This document shows positions 32,648 through 41,504 of a stretch of 64,000 bases of DNA, piece by piece. This DNA is from an uncultured Gemmatimonadales bacterium (GTDB taxonomy: Bacteria > Gemmatimonadota > Gemmatimonadetes > Gemmatimonadales > Gemmatimonadaceae), in assembly GCA_963701965.1 (NCBI GenBank), contig OY969695.1:2688001-2752000 (forward strand), read 5' to 3'. Under the pieces are notes generated by a model, which was not told the DNA's origin, did not search any database, and saw nothing but the letters and a program-made list of their open reading frames with translations. The translations under genes were made by a program, and so were the position numbers. The first letter of the stretch is position 1; every line of letters begins with the position of its first letter.

Positions 32648-33058
32648 CTACATGCCCGCCATGCCCAACTCACCGCAGGCGACGATGGTGCCCAGATCGC
32701 TCGGTGACTTGTGCACGTTGATGGCGAAGCTTCCATCATCCGGCGTCGCGTACGGCAACGTGACGTCGACCTTCGCGCTGCCGTCCTTCCCCGCCTTGAG
32801 CGGCGTATAGGCCGTCGCCGGGCCCACGACCTTGCCGTGGTCCGCGCACTTGCCTTCGTGCACGTGCCAGGGATACGTCGCACCCGGCTCCCCGCCCGTG
32901 ATCATGACCGTGGCGTGCGTGCTCTTGGCATCCTTGCCCGGCTCGACGGTGGCCGTGCCGACGATCGTCGACCCGCTCTCGGATGCAAGCTTGGCGGCCC
33001 ACTTCATGGGCATGATGGCGGCACCGGCGGCCAACGCAACAGTGGCGAAACGGTTCAC
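32648..33058 (-). CDS. Exported Cu/Zn-SOD-like/CHRD-like protein
   Basis: Signal-like N-terminus, YPWHVHEGKC, INVHKS, IVACGEL. Confidence 0.75.
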   Translation of the reverse strand: MNRFATVALAAGAAIMPMKWAAKLASESGSTIVGTATVEPGKDAKSTHATVMITGGEPGATYPWHVHEGKCADHGKVVGPATAYTPLKAGKDGSAKVDVTLPYATPDDGSFAINVHKSPSDLGTIVACGELGMAGM

Positions 33059-33164
33059 TCTGCTCTCCTCGAGGTAGGGGCTACGAAGTAAGGGATCACG
33101 ACGGAACTTGCGAGATGTACGCCGCTTTGCGCAAACCGGATCACTATCGTGTTACCGGGCGCGT

Positions 33165-33488
33165 CTAGGCAGAGCGCCGGAGAAAAAGCTCCAGCTGCCG
33201 GGGGTCGGCCGGCGATTCTTGTCGGAGCTGGCAAGTTTGATGGTAGAACGACCACAGCGCGATAGGCGCGCGCAGGCTCGCGCGCGGCAGCGACGCGATC
33301 GCCAGCGCCTCCTCGCGGACGCGGCGCGGCAGCACGGACGCCGCGCCCGTCACGAGGCTGTACACGGCTCCCACGTCCCGCGCGGCGACCGCGGCGGACA
33401 GCGCGGCGAGGAGCCGGAGCGGGGAGCGATCAAGCGCTCTTTCGCGACCGCGATCGACCAGATTTTGCCTTCGACGTTTTCGCGCCAT
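33165..33488 (-). CDS. Hypothetical protein, start uncertain, C-terminal QLELF
   Basis: ORF downstream of ku, overlapping its end by 59 nt; helical-looking; ends DPRQLELFLRRSA. Confidence 0.55.
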   Translation of the reverse strand: MARKRRRQNLVDRGRERALDRSPLRLLAALSAAVAARDVGAVYSLVTGAASVLPRRVREEALAIASLPRASLRAPIALWSFYHQTCQLRQESPADPRQLELFLRRSA

Positions 33489-34326
33489 GTTTGGCTGCCG
33501 GCTCGGTTTCGGCCTCTGCTTCGGTTTCTTTCTTCTCTTCGGCCGCCGGGCGCTTGCGGCCCTGCTCCAGGCTCTGGCGCAGCCGCTCCATGAGATCGAG
33601 CACTGGCGTGCCCTCCGGTTCGGTCTCTTCGCCGACTACGATCTCCTTGCCCTTCAGCTTGTCCTGGATGAGCCGCATGACGTACTCGCGGTAGTCATCG
33701 GTGTATTTCGAGGCGTCGAACGGCGAGGCCAGGCTGCCGATGAGCTGCTCGGCCATCGCCAGCTCGGCGGGCTTCACGCTCTCGGCCGGGAACGTGTAAT
33801 CCGCCGGGTCGACGAGCTCGGCCCCAAATCGCATGACCTCCAACACCAGCGCATCGCCGAGTGCTTTGATGCTGGCCAGCGATTCGCGCTGCCGGAGGGC
33901 GAACTTGCCGATCCCGACCATCTTGGTCTTCCGGATGGCCTCGCGCAGCAGCGCGTACGGGCGCTCGCCGCCTTTCTGGGGGACACAGAAGTACGGCGTG
34001 TCGAAGTACCGCGGGTCGATCTCGCTCTCCTTCACGAAATCGAGAATCTCGAGGGCCTTTGACGTCGTGGGCCGCGCCGCCTTGATCTCCTCGTCCGTAA
34101 TGACCACGAACTTGCCCTTGGCGTACTCGTAGCCCTTGACGATCTCGGCCCAGGGAACGGCCTTCTCCTCGGCGTTGCAGAAGCGCTCCAGATGAATCGG
34201 AGACAGGTCTTCCGCGTGTAGTTGGCGAAAATGCACGCCGTCCCCGTCCGAACGAACGGCCGATCGCAGCTCAATGGGTATGTTCACCAGCCCGAAGCTG
34301 ATTGCGCCCTTCCAAATGGCAGCCAT
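33430..34326 (-). CDS. ku: NHEJ DNA end-binding protein Ku
   Basis: IWKGAISFGLVNIPI, IVKGYEY, DPRYFDTPY, YALLREA, DLMERLRQSL, basic tail. Confidence 0.96.
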   Translation of the reverse strand: MAAIWKGAISFGLVNIPIELRSAVRSDGDGVHFRQLHAEDLSPIHLERFCNAEEKAVPWAEIVKGYEYAKGKFVVITDEEIKAARPTTSKALEILDFVKESEIDPRYFDTPYFCVPQKGGERPYALLREAIRKTKMVGIGKFALRQRESLASIKALGDALVLEVMRFGAELVDPADYTFPAESVKPAELAMAEQLIGSLASPFDASKYTDDYREYVMRLIQDKLKGKEIVVGEETEPEGTPVLDLMERLRQSLEQGRKRPAAEEKKETEAEAETEPAAKHGAKTSKAKSGRSRSRKSA

Positions 34327-34359
34327 GGTAGGGGGCGTAACGCCGCAAACACGGGACCC

Positions 34360-34386
34360 TTGTGGATGTCCACAACCTGTGCACAA
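34360..34386. promoter_or_regulatory. DnaA-box-like palindromes between ku and the dnaA paralog
   Basis: TTGTGGA-TG-TCCACAA (34360-75) and TGTGCACAA (34378-86, reverse complement TTGTGCACA). Confidence 0.6.
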
Positions 34387-35411
34387 AATCCGGTGTGCTC
34401 AACCCCAATTACACGTTCGCCCAGTTCGTGATCGGCCCGTCCAACGACATAGCCGCGGCGAGCGCCTCGGCCGCCGCCGAAGCACCAGGCCGGGCGTACA
34501 ACCCGCTGTTCATCTACGGCGACACGGGCCTCGGCAAAACGCACCTCATGCACGCGGTCGCGCACGCGGTGATGGCGCGCCAGCCGGCGACGCGCGTCGT
34601 GTGCGTGTCGGCGGAGCGCTTCACCAACGATCTCGTGGCATCCATGCAGCAGATCGCGCTCGAGGCGTTCCGCCTGCAGTACCAGACGGCCGACATGCTG
34701 TTGATCGATGATGTGCACGTGCTCGCGGGTCGGCGCGCCGCGCAGGACGCCTTCGCCGAGACATTTCGGGTGCTGTACGAGCGGGGGCGGCAGATCATGC
34801 TCACGTCCGACCGGGCGCCCCAGTCGTCGGGGCTCGATGCCGAGTTGGTGGGACAGTTTCGCTGGGGGCGCGTCGCCAATGTCTCGCGACCCGATGTCGA
34901 GCATCGGTTGGCGATCCTGCGCGCGAAGATCGGGACGGGTGCCCACGGAGCGCTGCCGGACGATGTGCTGCTGTTCTTGGCCGAACAGGTCCACACCAAC
35001 GTGCGCGCGCTGGAAGGGGCCCTCGTGCGCCTCGTGGCCTACGCGTCGCTCACCGGGCGGCCGGTGACCCTGGCGCTGGCCCACGAAGCGCTTCCGCTCG
35101 CTGCCGCCGCAGGGAGGGAGACGGCGGCGCCGGATGCCTCGGCGGTCACGCGCCGGGTGGCCGCCGAGTGGGGGGTGACGCCAGAGGCCCTGGCCTCGAA
35201 ACGGCGTACCCGGGAGATCGTGGAGCCCCGCCAGGTGGCGATGCATCTCTGTCGTGAGCTATTGGGCATGACCCTCACGGACATCGGTGCCGCATTCGGT
35301 GGGCGCGACCACTCGACGGTGATACATGGGCTGGAACGCGTGCGTGATGCGATGGCCTCGAACCCCGCATTTTCCGGCCGCATTCAGCGCATCGAAGCGG
35401 CGCTCAAGTAG
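34362..35411 (+). CDS. dnaA: DnaA paralog, domains III-IV only (start possibly GTG 34395)
   Basis: LNPNYTF..FVIG, AYNPLFIYGDTGLGKTHL, LLIDD, NVRALEGAL, PRQVAMHL, FGGRDHSTV. No room for domains I-II because ku starts 35 nt upstream on the other strand. Confidence 0.9.
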   Translation: MDVHNLCTKSGVLNPNYTFAQFVIGPSNDIAAASASAAAEAPGRAYNPLFIYGDTGLGKTHLMHAVAHAVMARQPATRVVCVSAERFTNDLVASMQQIALEAFRLQYQTADMLLIDDVHVLAGRRAAQDAFAETFRVLYERGRQIMLTSDRAPQSSGLDAELVGQFRWGRVANVSRPDVEHRLAILRAKIGTGAHGALPDDVLLFLAEQVHTNVRALEGALVRLVAYASLTGRPVTLALAHEALPLAAAAGRETAAPDASAVTRRVAAEWGVTPEALASKRRTREIVEPRQVAMHLCRELLGMTLTDIGAAFGGRDHSTVIHGLERVRDAMASNPAFSGRIQRIEAALK

Positions 35412-35529
35412 CGTAAACGCACGTATCCGCAAGTCCCCGTCATCTGGTCGCCTGTGACGGATCGGCAGGCCTCCGCGTGACACGGCGACCGCCGTTGTTA
35501 CGAAGCGGATTCCGGGTGCGCGCGCGGCA

Positions 35530-35626
35530 ATATCCACATTCCACCCGATGCCGCTAGTGCCACGTATCGCGCGGGTTAGGCAGACACCGGCGAGTTATCC
35601 ACATAGGGTTATCCACGTTATCTACA
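35530..35626 (+). promoter_or_regulatory. DnaA-box cluster
   Basis: ATATCCACA 35530-38, TTATCCACA 35595-603 (perfect), TTATCCACG 35609-17, TTATCTACA 35618-26; all on the same strand. Confidence 0.8.
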
Positions 35627-35755
35627 TACAGGGCAACAACTTACACTGTCACAGGGCGTTGCGTTCCCGGCATGAACCTCGTATACCTCTCGCACCCGGC
35701 TGGAATGTGCCGGAATACCACCGGATCGCGAGCGGAGTCGAGAGGGCTACTTGGG

Positions 35756-36133
35756 ATGAATCTTGTTGCGTGCGACGCGCCGGCGGGCGTGCTCGATCGG
35801 GCCCCGCATACGGCGCTGCGACAGGACACGTCGACCGAAAACTGGGACGGATTCTGGGGTAGCGATGACCGCTACTATGCCCGATGCACCACCTCGGGCG
35901 GCCGGGTCAACTGGTTTCGGCTGGACGATGGCGGCGACGAGGCCGCCCCGGCCATCGACGTCCCCCAACCCTCCGTGGCCGCCCTGCCGGTCCCTTCGCC
36001 AGCCGCCTCGGCCATTGCCGGCCGTCACACCGTGGTCTTCCGTGTCGGACGCAGCGCGTCCCACGGTTGCGTGATCGGTGTGCGCCGTCCGATCAAGCGC
36101 TCGCGAGCGCGATCTGCTGACTTCACGGCGTAA
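35756..36133 (+). CDS. Hypothetical protein
   Basis: Plausible ORF filling the gap (WDGFWG..YYARC..VNWFRL); no family recognised. Confidence 0.45.
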   Translation: MNLVACDAPAGVLDRAPHTALRQDTSTENWDGFWGSDDRYYARCTTSGGRVNWFRLDDGGDEAAPAIDVPQPSVAALPVPSPAASAIAGRHTVVFRVGRSASHGCVIGVRRPIKRSRARSADFTA

Positions 36134-36213
36134 CCGTGTTTGGCTACGCCGTCGTGTCCGGGGCGATCCGCGCCTCGGTCAGAGTCGCTTTTTCTTTACT
36201 GGGTAAGGCCGCC

Positions 36214-37149
36214 CTACTGGGCCAAGCCCGGCAGCGCGAGCTGTTCCGTGCGGCGCTGGGCGAGCATGACGGCGCCGCCGTGCAGCCAGGAGAGCGCGAC
36301 GTCGATGGTCGCGTTGCCGGACGCTGCGGCGCGGGCGACCGTGAAGTGCAGCGACAGTTGCCGCAGAATATCGACGGGCTCGGACCGCGTGAGGTAGGTG
36401 ATGAGCGCGGCGGCGGCGTCGGCAATGTGATAGAGCGTGAACAATCGGAAGCGCACCGTGGCTGCCGCGTCGTCGTCGAGTCCCGCGAGGAGCGCGGTCT
36501 CGCCGGCCTCGCGCTCCTCACGGATCGCGCCCAAACGCGAAATCGCGCGGCGGTACGTGGTACCGCTGGAACGCGAGGGCGCCAGCAGATCGACCCACAC
36601 GTGCGCGAGGCGGTCGGTGAGCACCGCGGCCCAGTCGGCGCCGGCACCCGCGTGCAGCGTGCGCAAGACGTCGCCGGTGCGGAGCCAGTCGCCGAGGTCC
36701 GATCGCCGATCGCCCACGGTGCCCAGCGCCGCGACGTGCAGGAGACCAATGAGTCCCGTCTCCCCGGGCCCGCGCGTGGGCAGCACGCGATGCAGTTGGA
36801 ACGCGCGCGCGGCGACGGCGACCAACGCGGGACGGAGAGCGTCGGCGGTGTCCGGCGCGGCGACGGCGCCGCCGTTTCCACTGGAGCGCCGCACGAAGGG
36901 ATCGAGCCAGTCGAGGGCCGCGACATCATACGCCGTGGCGAGTACGCTGACGGCGGGGATGTCTTCGTCGGTCGGCGACGCCGGTCCGTGTCGGGCCGAC
37001 CACAGACGCTGCGCGGCCGCGAGCGCTCGCGAGCGCTCGTGTGCGTCAATGGCGGTAACCGCCCAATGACCATCGAGCGCGCTGACGGCCCCCGGCGGAC
37101 CGGGGGATCCGTGCAGCGGCTCAGTCTTGAGCGGCGACATCGGAGTCAT
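36214..37149 (-). CDS. Hypothetical all-alpha protein
   Basis: 311-aa ORF with SD GGAG and protein-like composition. Confidence 0.75.
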   Translation of the reverse strand: MTPMSPLKTEPLHGSPGPPGAVSALDGHWAVTAIDAHERSRALAAAQRLWSARHGPASPTDEDIPAVSVLATAYDVAALDWLDPFVRRSSGNGGAVAAPDTADALRPALVAVAARAFQLHRVLPTRGPGETGLIGLLHVAALGTVGDRRSDLGDWLRTGDVLRTLHAGAGADWAAVLTDRLAHVWVDLLAPSRSSGTTYRRAISRLGAIREEREAGETALLAGLDDDAAATVRFRLFTLYHIADAAAALITYLTRSEPVDILRQLSLHFTVARAAASGNATIDVALSWLHGGAVMLAQRRTEQLALPGLAQ

Positions 37150-37461
37150 TCAATCTCCGCGGAGTGGATCTCGTTCGCTCTGAACCACCGTTTATCACAA
37201 TACTGCGGGAGCAATAATCGCGAAAGGACTGGTCGTGCCTAACGTTACGGACGATTTACAGCTGGTATCGTCCGGCAGGGCCCGGGGCTGTCACGGCTCA
37301 GTAGCGAAATCCGCGAATCCCGGTACATTTCCCGACCCATTTTCCGTTCTTGGATAGTGGGGTTTGAACCCGGCGCGGCGCGCCGTTTCCGCCTGCTGTG
37401 CTCGTCGTCCCGAGACACAGATCTTCGTTTCATCCTCAACGCGGTCCTTGGGGAAGTCGAC

Positions 37462-37812
37462 ATGCCATCTCTCCCGCGCGAGCTACTTCTGCCGTCATTC
37501 GAGGCGGAGGGCCCGTGCGACCTCGCTCCACCCTCACACTGTAACGAGCTCGGCGGTTCGCTGTCCGCGCTCGCGACTGGTCTCTCCCACGCAGAGTCGG
37601 CGGGCGCATTGCTCGCCCTGTCCGAGCACGCTTCCGTGCTGCGGCTCATATGGGAAGCGCACGCCCGCGGGGCGATCGCGTTACCGCCGACTCTGGCCAG
37701 TCGCGTCGTCCAAGCCCGTCGCTCGATGCCGACCTTCCTCAGCGCAAGCTCGGCCACCAGCGCCTTTGCTCATGCGTCCATGACGCACGAGCCTCCGATT
37801 ACGCCGTCGTAG
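37462..37812 (+). CDS. Hypothetical protein
   Basis: ATG after a GGGGAAG SD-like sequence, followed by a strong terminator. Confidence 0.55.
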   Translation: MPSLPRELLLPSFEAEGPCDLAPPSHCNELGGSLSALATGLSHAESAGALLALSEHASVLRLIWEAHARGAIALPPTLASRVVQARRSMPTFLSASSATSAFAHASMTHEPPITPS

Positions 37813-37834
37813 CCGTCCGCTTTTTTCGGTTTTG

Positions 37835-37864
37835 AGGCGCCCCGCACCCGGGGCGCTTTTTTTT
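37835..37864 (+). terminator. Rho-independent terminator
   Basis: AGGCGCCCCG-cacc-CGGGGCGC followed by T8. Confidence 0.85.
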
Positions 37865-37976
37865 GCCTACGATCCAGCTGTTGTCATCGCGGCAAATGGC
37901 GTTATACTGTGACCGTTTCGTTGCATGCCGTGACACAATGGTGACTCAGCTGGCAGGAAATTGCCGGGGGTGGAGC

Positions 37977-38471
37977 ATGCGGGCGCTATGGGGCGTGATC
38001 GGCGGGTTCTCGGTCCTCTCGGGGTGTGCGGCGCACCATCCCGCGGCCGAAACGGCGCCTGACCGGGGGTTCACCGTCGTCGAAATCCGGCCCGTGTCCG
38101 GCCAGACGCTGGGGCAGCAGTTGGTTACCCAGGCGGAGCGCGCCCAAGGCTTGAGCCTGGCGCCGATCCTGGAATTGACGTCGCCGTGGTGCCACGAGTG
38201 CTTCGTGCTCGACCATACGTTCGATGACCCGCATATGCGCGAGGCGCTCAAAGGGACGTACATCATCCGCATGGACGTCATGCGCTGGGCCGGCCGGTAC
38301 GGCGAGACCGGCCTGGGAGCAGTCACGATGGCGCTGCCGTCGTTCGTCCAGCTGTTCGACAACGGCCGGGGGATCGGCCAGTTCGTGGACGCGCGCTCCT
38401 GGGTCGCCGATGCGCCGGGGACGGTCGCGCCGTCCCTCGGCGCGTTCGTCCGGTCGGTCGAGGATCGCTAG
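37977..38471 (+). CDS. Thioredoxin-fold lipoprotein
   Basis: Lipobox LSGC, WCHEC (CxxC), ALPSF cis-Pro loop. Confidence 0.75.
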   Translation: MRALWGVIGGFSVLSGCAAHHPAAETAPDRGFTVVEIRPVSGQTLGQQLVTQAERAQGLSLAPILELTSPWCHECFVLDHTFDDPHMREALKGTYIIRMDVMRWAGRYGETGLGAVTMALPSFVQLFDNGRGIGQFVDARSWVADAPGTVAPSLGAFVRSVEDR

Positions 38472-38497
38472 AGCTCCGCGCTGGAGCTCAGTGCAAC
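38468..38497. repeat. REP-like palindromic repeat, copy 2
   Basis: CTAGAGCTCCgcgctGGAGCTCagtgcaac between convergent genes; first 14 nt identical to copy 1. Confidence 0.5.
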
Positions 38498-38503
38498 CGC
38501 TTC

Positions 38504-39136
38504 CTACGGCTTGGCGACGGGGGCCGCCACCAACGGCGCGATTTGGGGCGCCGGCGGCAGGAACTGGCTGGGATAGTAGAACACGAACGCGTGTCGGTCG
38601 CACTGCACCAGCGCGAACGCGTCGCCACGGGCGATGAGCTTGCGGGCGTCCTCCCGGCTCGCCTGGCAACTATAAGCGTCGGCGCCGCCGGCGTAGCACT
38701 GGTCGGGGCGGTCGCTGTAGCACGTCGCCGGCGGATGCGTGTGCACTTCGGGCACGCCGGGCGGACAGGCGAAGGTGGCGCCGTTGGGCGTGGCCTCGAC
38801 GGGCGCGATCGGCTGGATCGCCATCACGCGATACACGGTATCGGCATCGCGGCCGTCCATGACCGTGGTCTTGCGCGCCCCTGGCGCTGCCTCCGGCGAG
38901 CCGACATGCGCATTGCGCGAGGTGGCAGTCCACCACTGCGTCACGCAGTAGGTCCGCTCGACCTGCCGGGCACCATCGCTCCACTGCGCCGCCAGCGCGT
39001 TCCGGGCGTTGTCCATGACGACGCCGTACCGCATCACCTGTGAGGCGAGCGGCTGGGCCGCGGCCAGCCAGAGGCTGGCGACGACGGCGTACCGTCCTAT
39101 GGATGCACTGGCGTTGATGTGTCGCAAGCGAGTCAC
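38504..39136 (-). CDS. Exported Cys-rich protein with a JAB/MPN-like motif
   Basis: Signal-like N-terminus, VERTYC...VHTHP...ASRED, six Cys. Confidence 0.7.
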   Translation of the reverse strand: MTRLRHINASASIGRYAVVASLWLAAAQPLASQVMRYGVVMDNARNALAAQWSDGARQVERTYCVTQWWTATSRNAHVGSPEAAPGARKTTVMDGRDADTVYRVMAIQPIAPVEATPNGATFACPPGVPEVHTHPPATCYSDRPDQCYAGGADAYSCQASREDARKLIARGDAFALVQCDRHAFVFYYPSQFLPPAPQIAPLVAAPVAKP

Positions 39137-39210
39137 CTACCGTAGCGAACATGCTTATTGGGTCGACGAGCGTTTTTTCTTAGCGTCACTTTTGGCAACT
39201 TTCTCCTTCC

Positions 39211-39624
39211 ATGCCCCCACGACCGTCCCGTGATCTGTCGCACCTCCTCGCGGTGATGCAGCCCGTGCTCGATCCGCGCGAGTTGGTGTTCGCCACACTC
39301 CCTCACCCGATCCTTGGCCTCGCGTCGATCGCGTCCTTTGTCGAACCCGAAGGTCTCAGCGTGATCCTCGAGCGCAGCGAGGCGACGCGCGCCGGCCTGC
39401 CGTACATATATCCTTGCCGCCTCATCACCTTGTCGGTGCATTCGGCGCTCGACGCGATCGGTTTTGTGTCCGCGGTCACACAGGCGCTGGCCGACGCCGC
39501 CATCAGCGTGAATCCGGTCTCGGCGTACCATCATGATCATCTTTTCGTGCCGGCCGATCGGGCGATGGATGCGATGGCGGTCCTGGCCGCGCTCAGCGCG
39601 CGCGCGGGGCCATCGGCGCCGTGA
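39211..39624 (+). CDS. ACT-domain protein (DUF2241/ACT_3 + ACT_7 type)
   Basis: MQPVL, F.EPEGLSVIL, ITLSVHSALDAIGF, NPVSAYHHDHLFVP. Confidence 0.88.
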   Translation: MPPRPSRDLSHLLAVMQPVLDPRELVFATLPHPILGLASIASFVEPEGLSVILERSEATRAGLPYIYPCRLITLSVHSALDAIGFVSAVTQALADAAISVNPVSAYHHDHLFVPADRAMDAMAVLAALSARAGPSAP

Positions 39625-39736
39625 CCGCCGCGGAGGACGCGGCCGCTCGCTATTTCGCGGGACGCCCGGATGCGCTCCCGGCGCCGCGCCGGACGCGGAT
39701 CGTGCGAGCGATGGTCTGAGCGCGTTATTTTACGCC

Positions 39737-40300
39737 ATGTCCACCACCGACGAGATTCTCGCCGCCAACGCGCGCCACGCGGCGTCGTTCGATCGGGGCA
39801 ATGCGCCGCTGCCGCCCAAGCGGCATTTGGCGATTGTGACCTGCATGGACGCGCGTATCCTGCCGTCGCGGATCTTCGGGCTGGAGGTCGGCGACGCGCA
39901 CATCATCCGGAACGCAGGCGGGCGCGCGGCGGAAGCGTTGCGGTCCCTCGTCATCTCGCAGCAGTTGCTGGGGACGACCGAGGTGGCGCTCGTCCACCAT
40001 ACGGACTGCGGCATGTTGACGTTCACGAACGTCGACCTGCGCGCGAAGGTTCGGGCGGCGCTTGGCGCCGAAGCGGCGGCCGAAGCGGAGCAGATCGATT
40101 TCTTGACGTTTCCCGATCTCGCGCAGAGTGTGCGGGACGACGTCGCGTTCCTGCGCGATTCGCCGCTCATCCCGGACTCGATCATCATCCGCGGATTCAT
40201 CTATGACGTGCGGCGGGGGACCTTGACCGAGGTCGACTCCGACCCGGTCGCTCTGCCGGCGACATCGATTGGCACGCGAAAGGCCGGCACCGACTACTGA
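39737..40300 (+). CDS. Beta-carbonic anhydrase
   Basis: TCMDAR, IRNAGG, HHTDCGM, GFIYDV. Confidence 0.93.
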   Translation: MSTTDEILAANARHAASFDRGNAPLPPKRHLAIVTCMDARILPSRIFGLEVGDAHIIRNAGGRAAEALRSLVISQQLLGTTEVALVHHTDCGMLTFTNVDLRAKVRAALGAEAAAEAEQIDFLTFPDLAQSVRDDVAFLRDSPLIPDSIIIRGFIYDVRRGTLTEVDSDPVALPATSIGTRKAGTDY

Positions 40301-41504
40301 TTTCCGACTGCTCTGGGGCGGCCAGACCGTCTCGGAGATCGGCTCGCGCATCACCCGGGAGGGGTTGCCGCTCACCGCGGTCCTCGTGCTGGGCGCCACA
40401 CCGGCGCAGATGGGCGTGCTGGCCGCGACGGGCGGAGTCGCGGTGCTCGCGGTGGGCCTCGCGGCGGGCGTGATCGTGGACCGCCACCGCCGCCGGCCGC
40501 TCATGATCGGGGCCGACGTGGGTCGGGCGCTGTTGCTGGCGAGTATTCCGGTGGCCGCGTTCCTCCACGTCCTCACGTTCACACAGCTGCTGGCGATCGC
40601 GCTGTTCGCGGGCGTGCTGACGGTGACGTTCGACGTGGCGTATCGATCGTACCTGCCGTCGCTGGTGCCCCCCGATCAACTGATGGACGGCAACCGGCGC
40701 CTGGCGATCTCCTCGTCGGTCGCCGAGGTCGTCGGCCCGGCGGCCACCGGTGTGCTGGTCCAGGCGCTGACCGCGCCGATCGCGATCCTCATCGACGCGG
40801 TGAGTTTCGTGGTGTCGGCGGTGTCGCTGGGGGCGATCCGCACGCCGGAACCTGACGCCGATCCCGGCGCCGCCGGATCGTCGCTGTGGAGGGATGCGCT
40901 GGCGGGAGCGCGGACGATCGCCGCGCACGGGACGTTGCGCGCGTTGGCGTATCGCTCCGTGCTGGCGTACTTCGGCTACGGCGTTCTCGGGCCGCAGTAC
41001 ATCCTGTACGCGATCCGGGTGCTGCACTTGAGTCCATCGGTGCTCGGCGTGCTGATCGCCATCGGCGGGGCGGGGGCGTTGTCGGGGTCGTATTTCGCGG
41101 ACCGGTTGACGGCGCGGCTCGGCGTGGGTGGGGGGTTCGTGACGGCGGCGATCATCATCGCTGCCGCGGCCGTTCTCATCCCGCTGGCGTCACATGACCT
41201 GTCGTTGTCGGTGGTCTTGCTCGGGGTGTCGCAGTTCCTCGGCGACAACGGGTTCGCGCTGTACACGGTGAATGAGATCACGATCCGGCAGCGGGTGGCG
41301 CCGCCGGATGTGCTGGGGCGCGTGAACGCGGCGATGGAGTTGGCGTCGCGCGGCGTGATGCCGGTCGGCGCGCTGGTCAGCGGGGCGTTGGCTCAGGCGT
41401 TCGGTGTGGTGCCGACGCTGTGGGCGGGCGCGCTGATCGTCTTTTGCTCGTGCTTCTGCCTGATTCCGCTGCTCACGCCGGAGCCGGTCGGTTCTTTGTC
41501 GTAG
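40269..41504 (+). CDS. MFS transporter
   Basis: FRLLWGGQTVS, VDR.RRRPLMIGAD, FDVAYRSYLPSLV, LGRVNA. Confidence 0.9.
   Translation: MARERPAPTTDFRLLWGGQTVSEIGSRITREGLPLTAVLVLGATPAQMGVLAATGGVAVLAVGLAAGVIVDRHRRRPLMIGADVGRALLLASIPVAAFLHVLTFTQLLAIALFAGVLTVTFDVAYRSYLPSLVPPDQLMDGNRRLAISSSVAEVVGPAATGVLVQALTAPIAILIDAVSFVVSAVSLGAIRTPEPDADPGAAGSSLWRDALAGARTIAAHGTLRALAYRSVLAYFGYGVLGPQYILYAIRVLHLSPSVLGVLIAIGGAGALSGSYFADRLTARLGVGGGFVTAAIIIAAAAVLIPLASHDLSLSVVLLGVSQFLGDNGFALYTVNEITIRQRVAPPDVLGRVNAAMELASRGVMPVGALVSGALAQAFGVVPTLWAGALIVFCSCFCLIPLLTPEPVGSLS

Noticed and set aside
34362..35640. Chromosomal oriC with canonical dnaA
   Set aside because: The DnaA lacks domains I-II and the Arg finger, dnaN/recF/gyrB are not adjacent, and no clear DUE is present. 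Not fully excluded without GC skew.
39625..39736. Possible structured RNA upstream of carbonic anhydrase
   Set aside because: Only generic GC-rich pairing; no recognisable riboswitch or repeat match.
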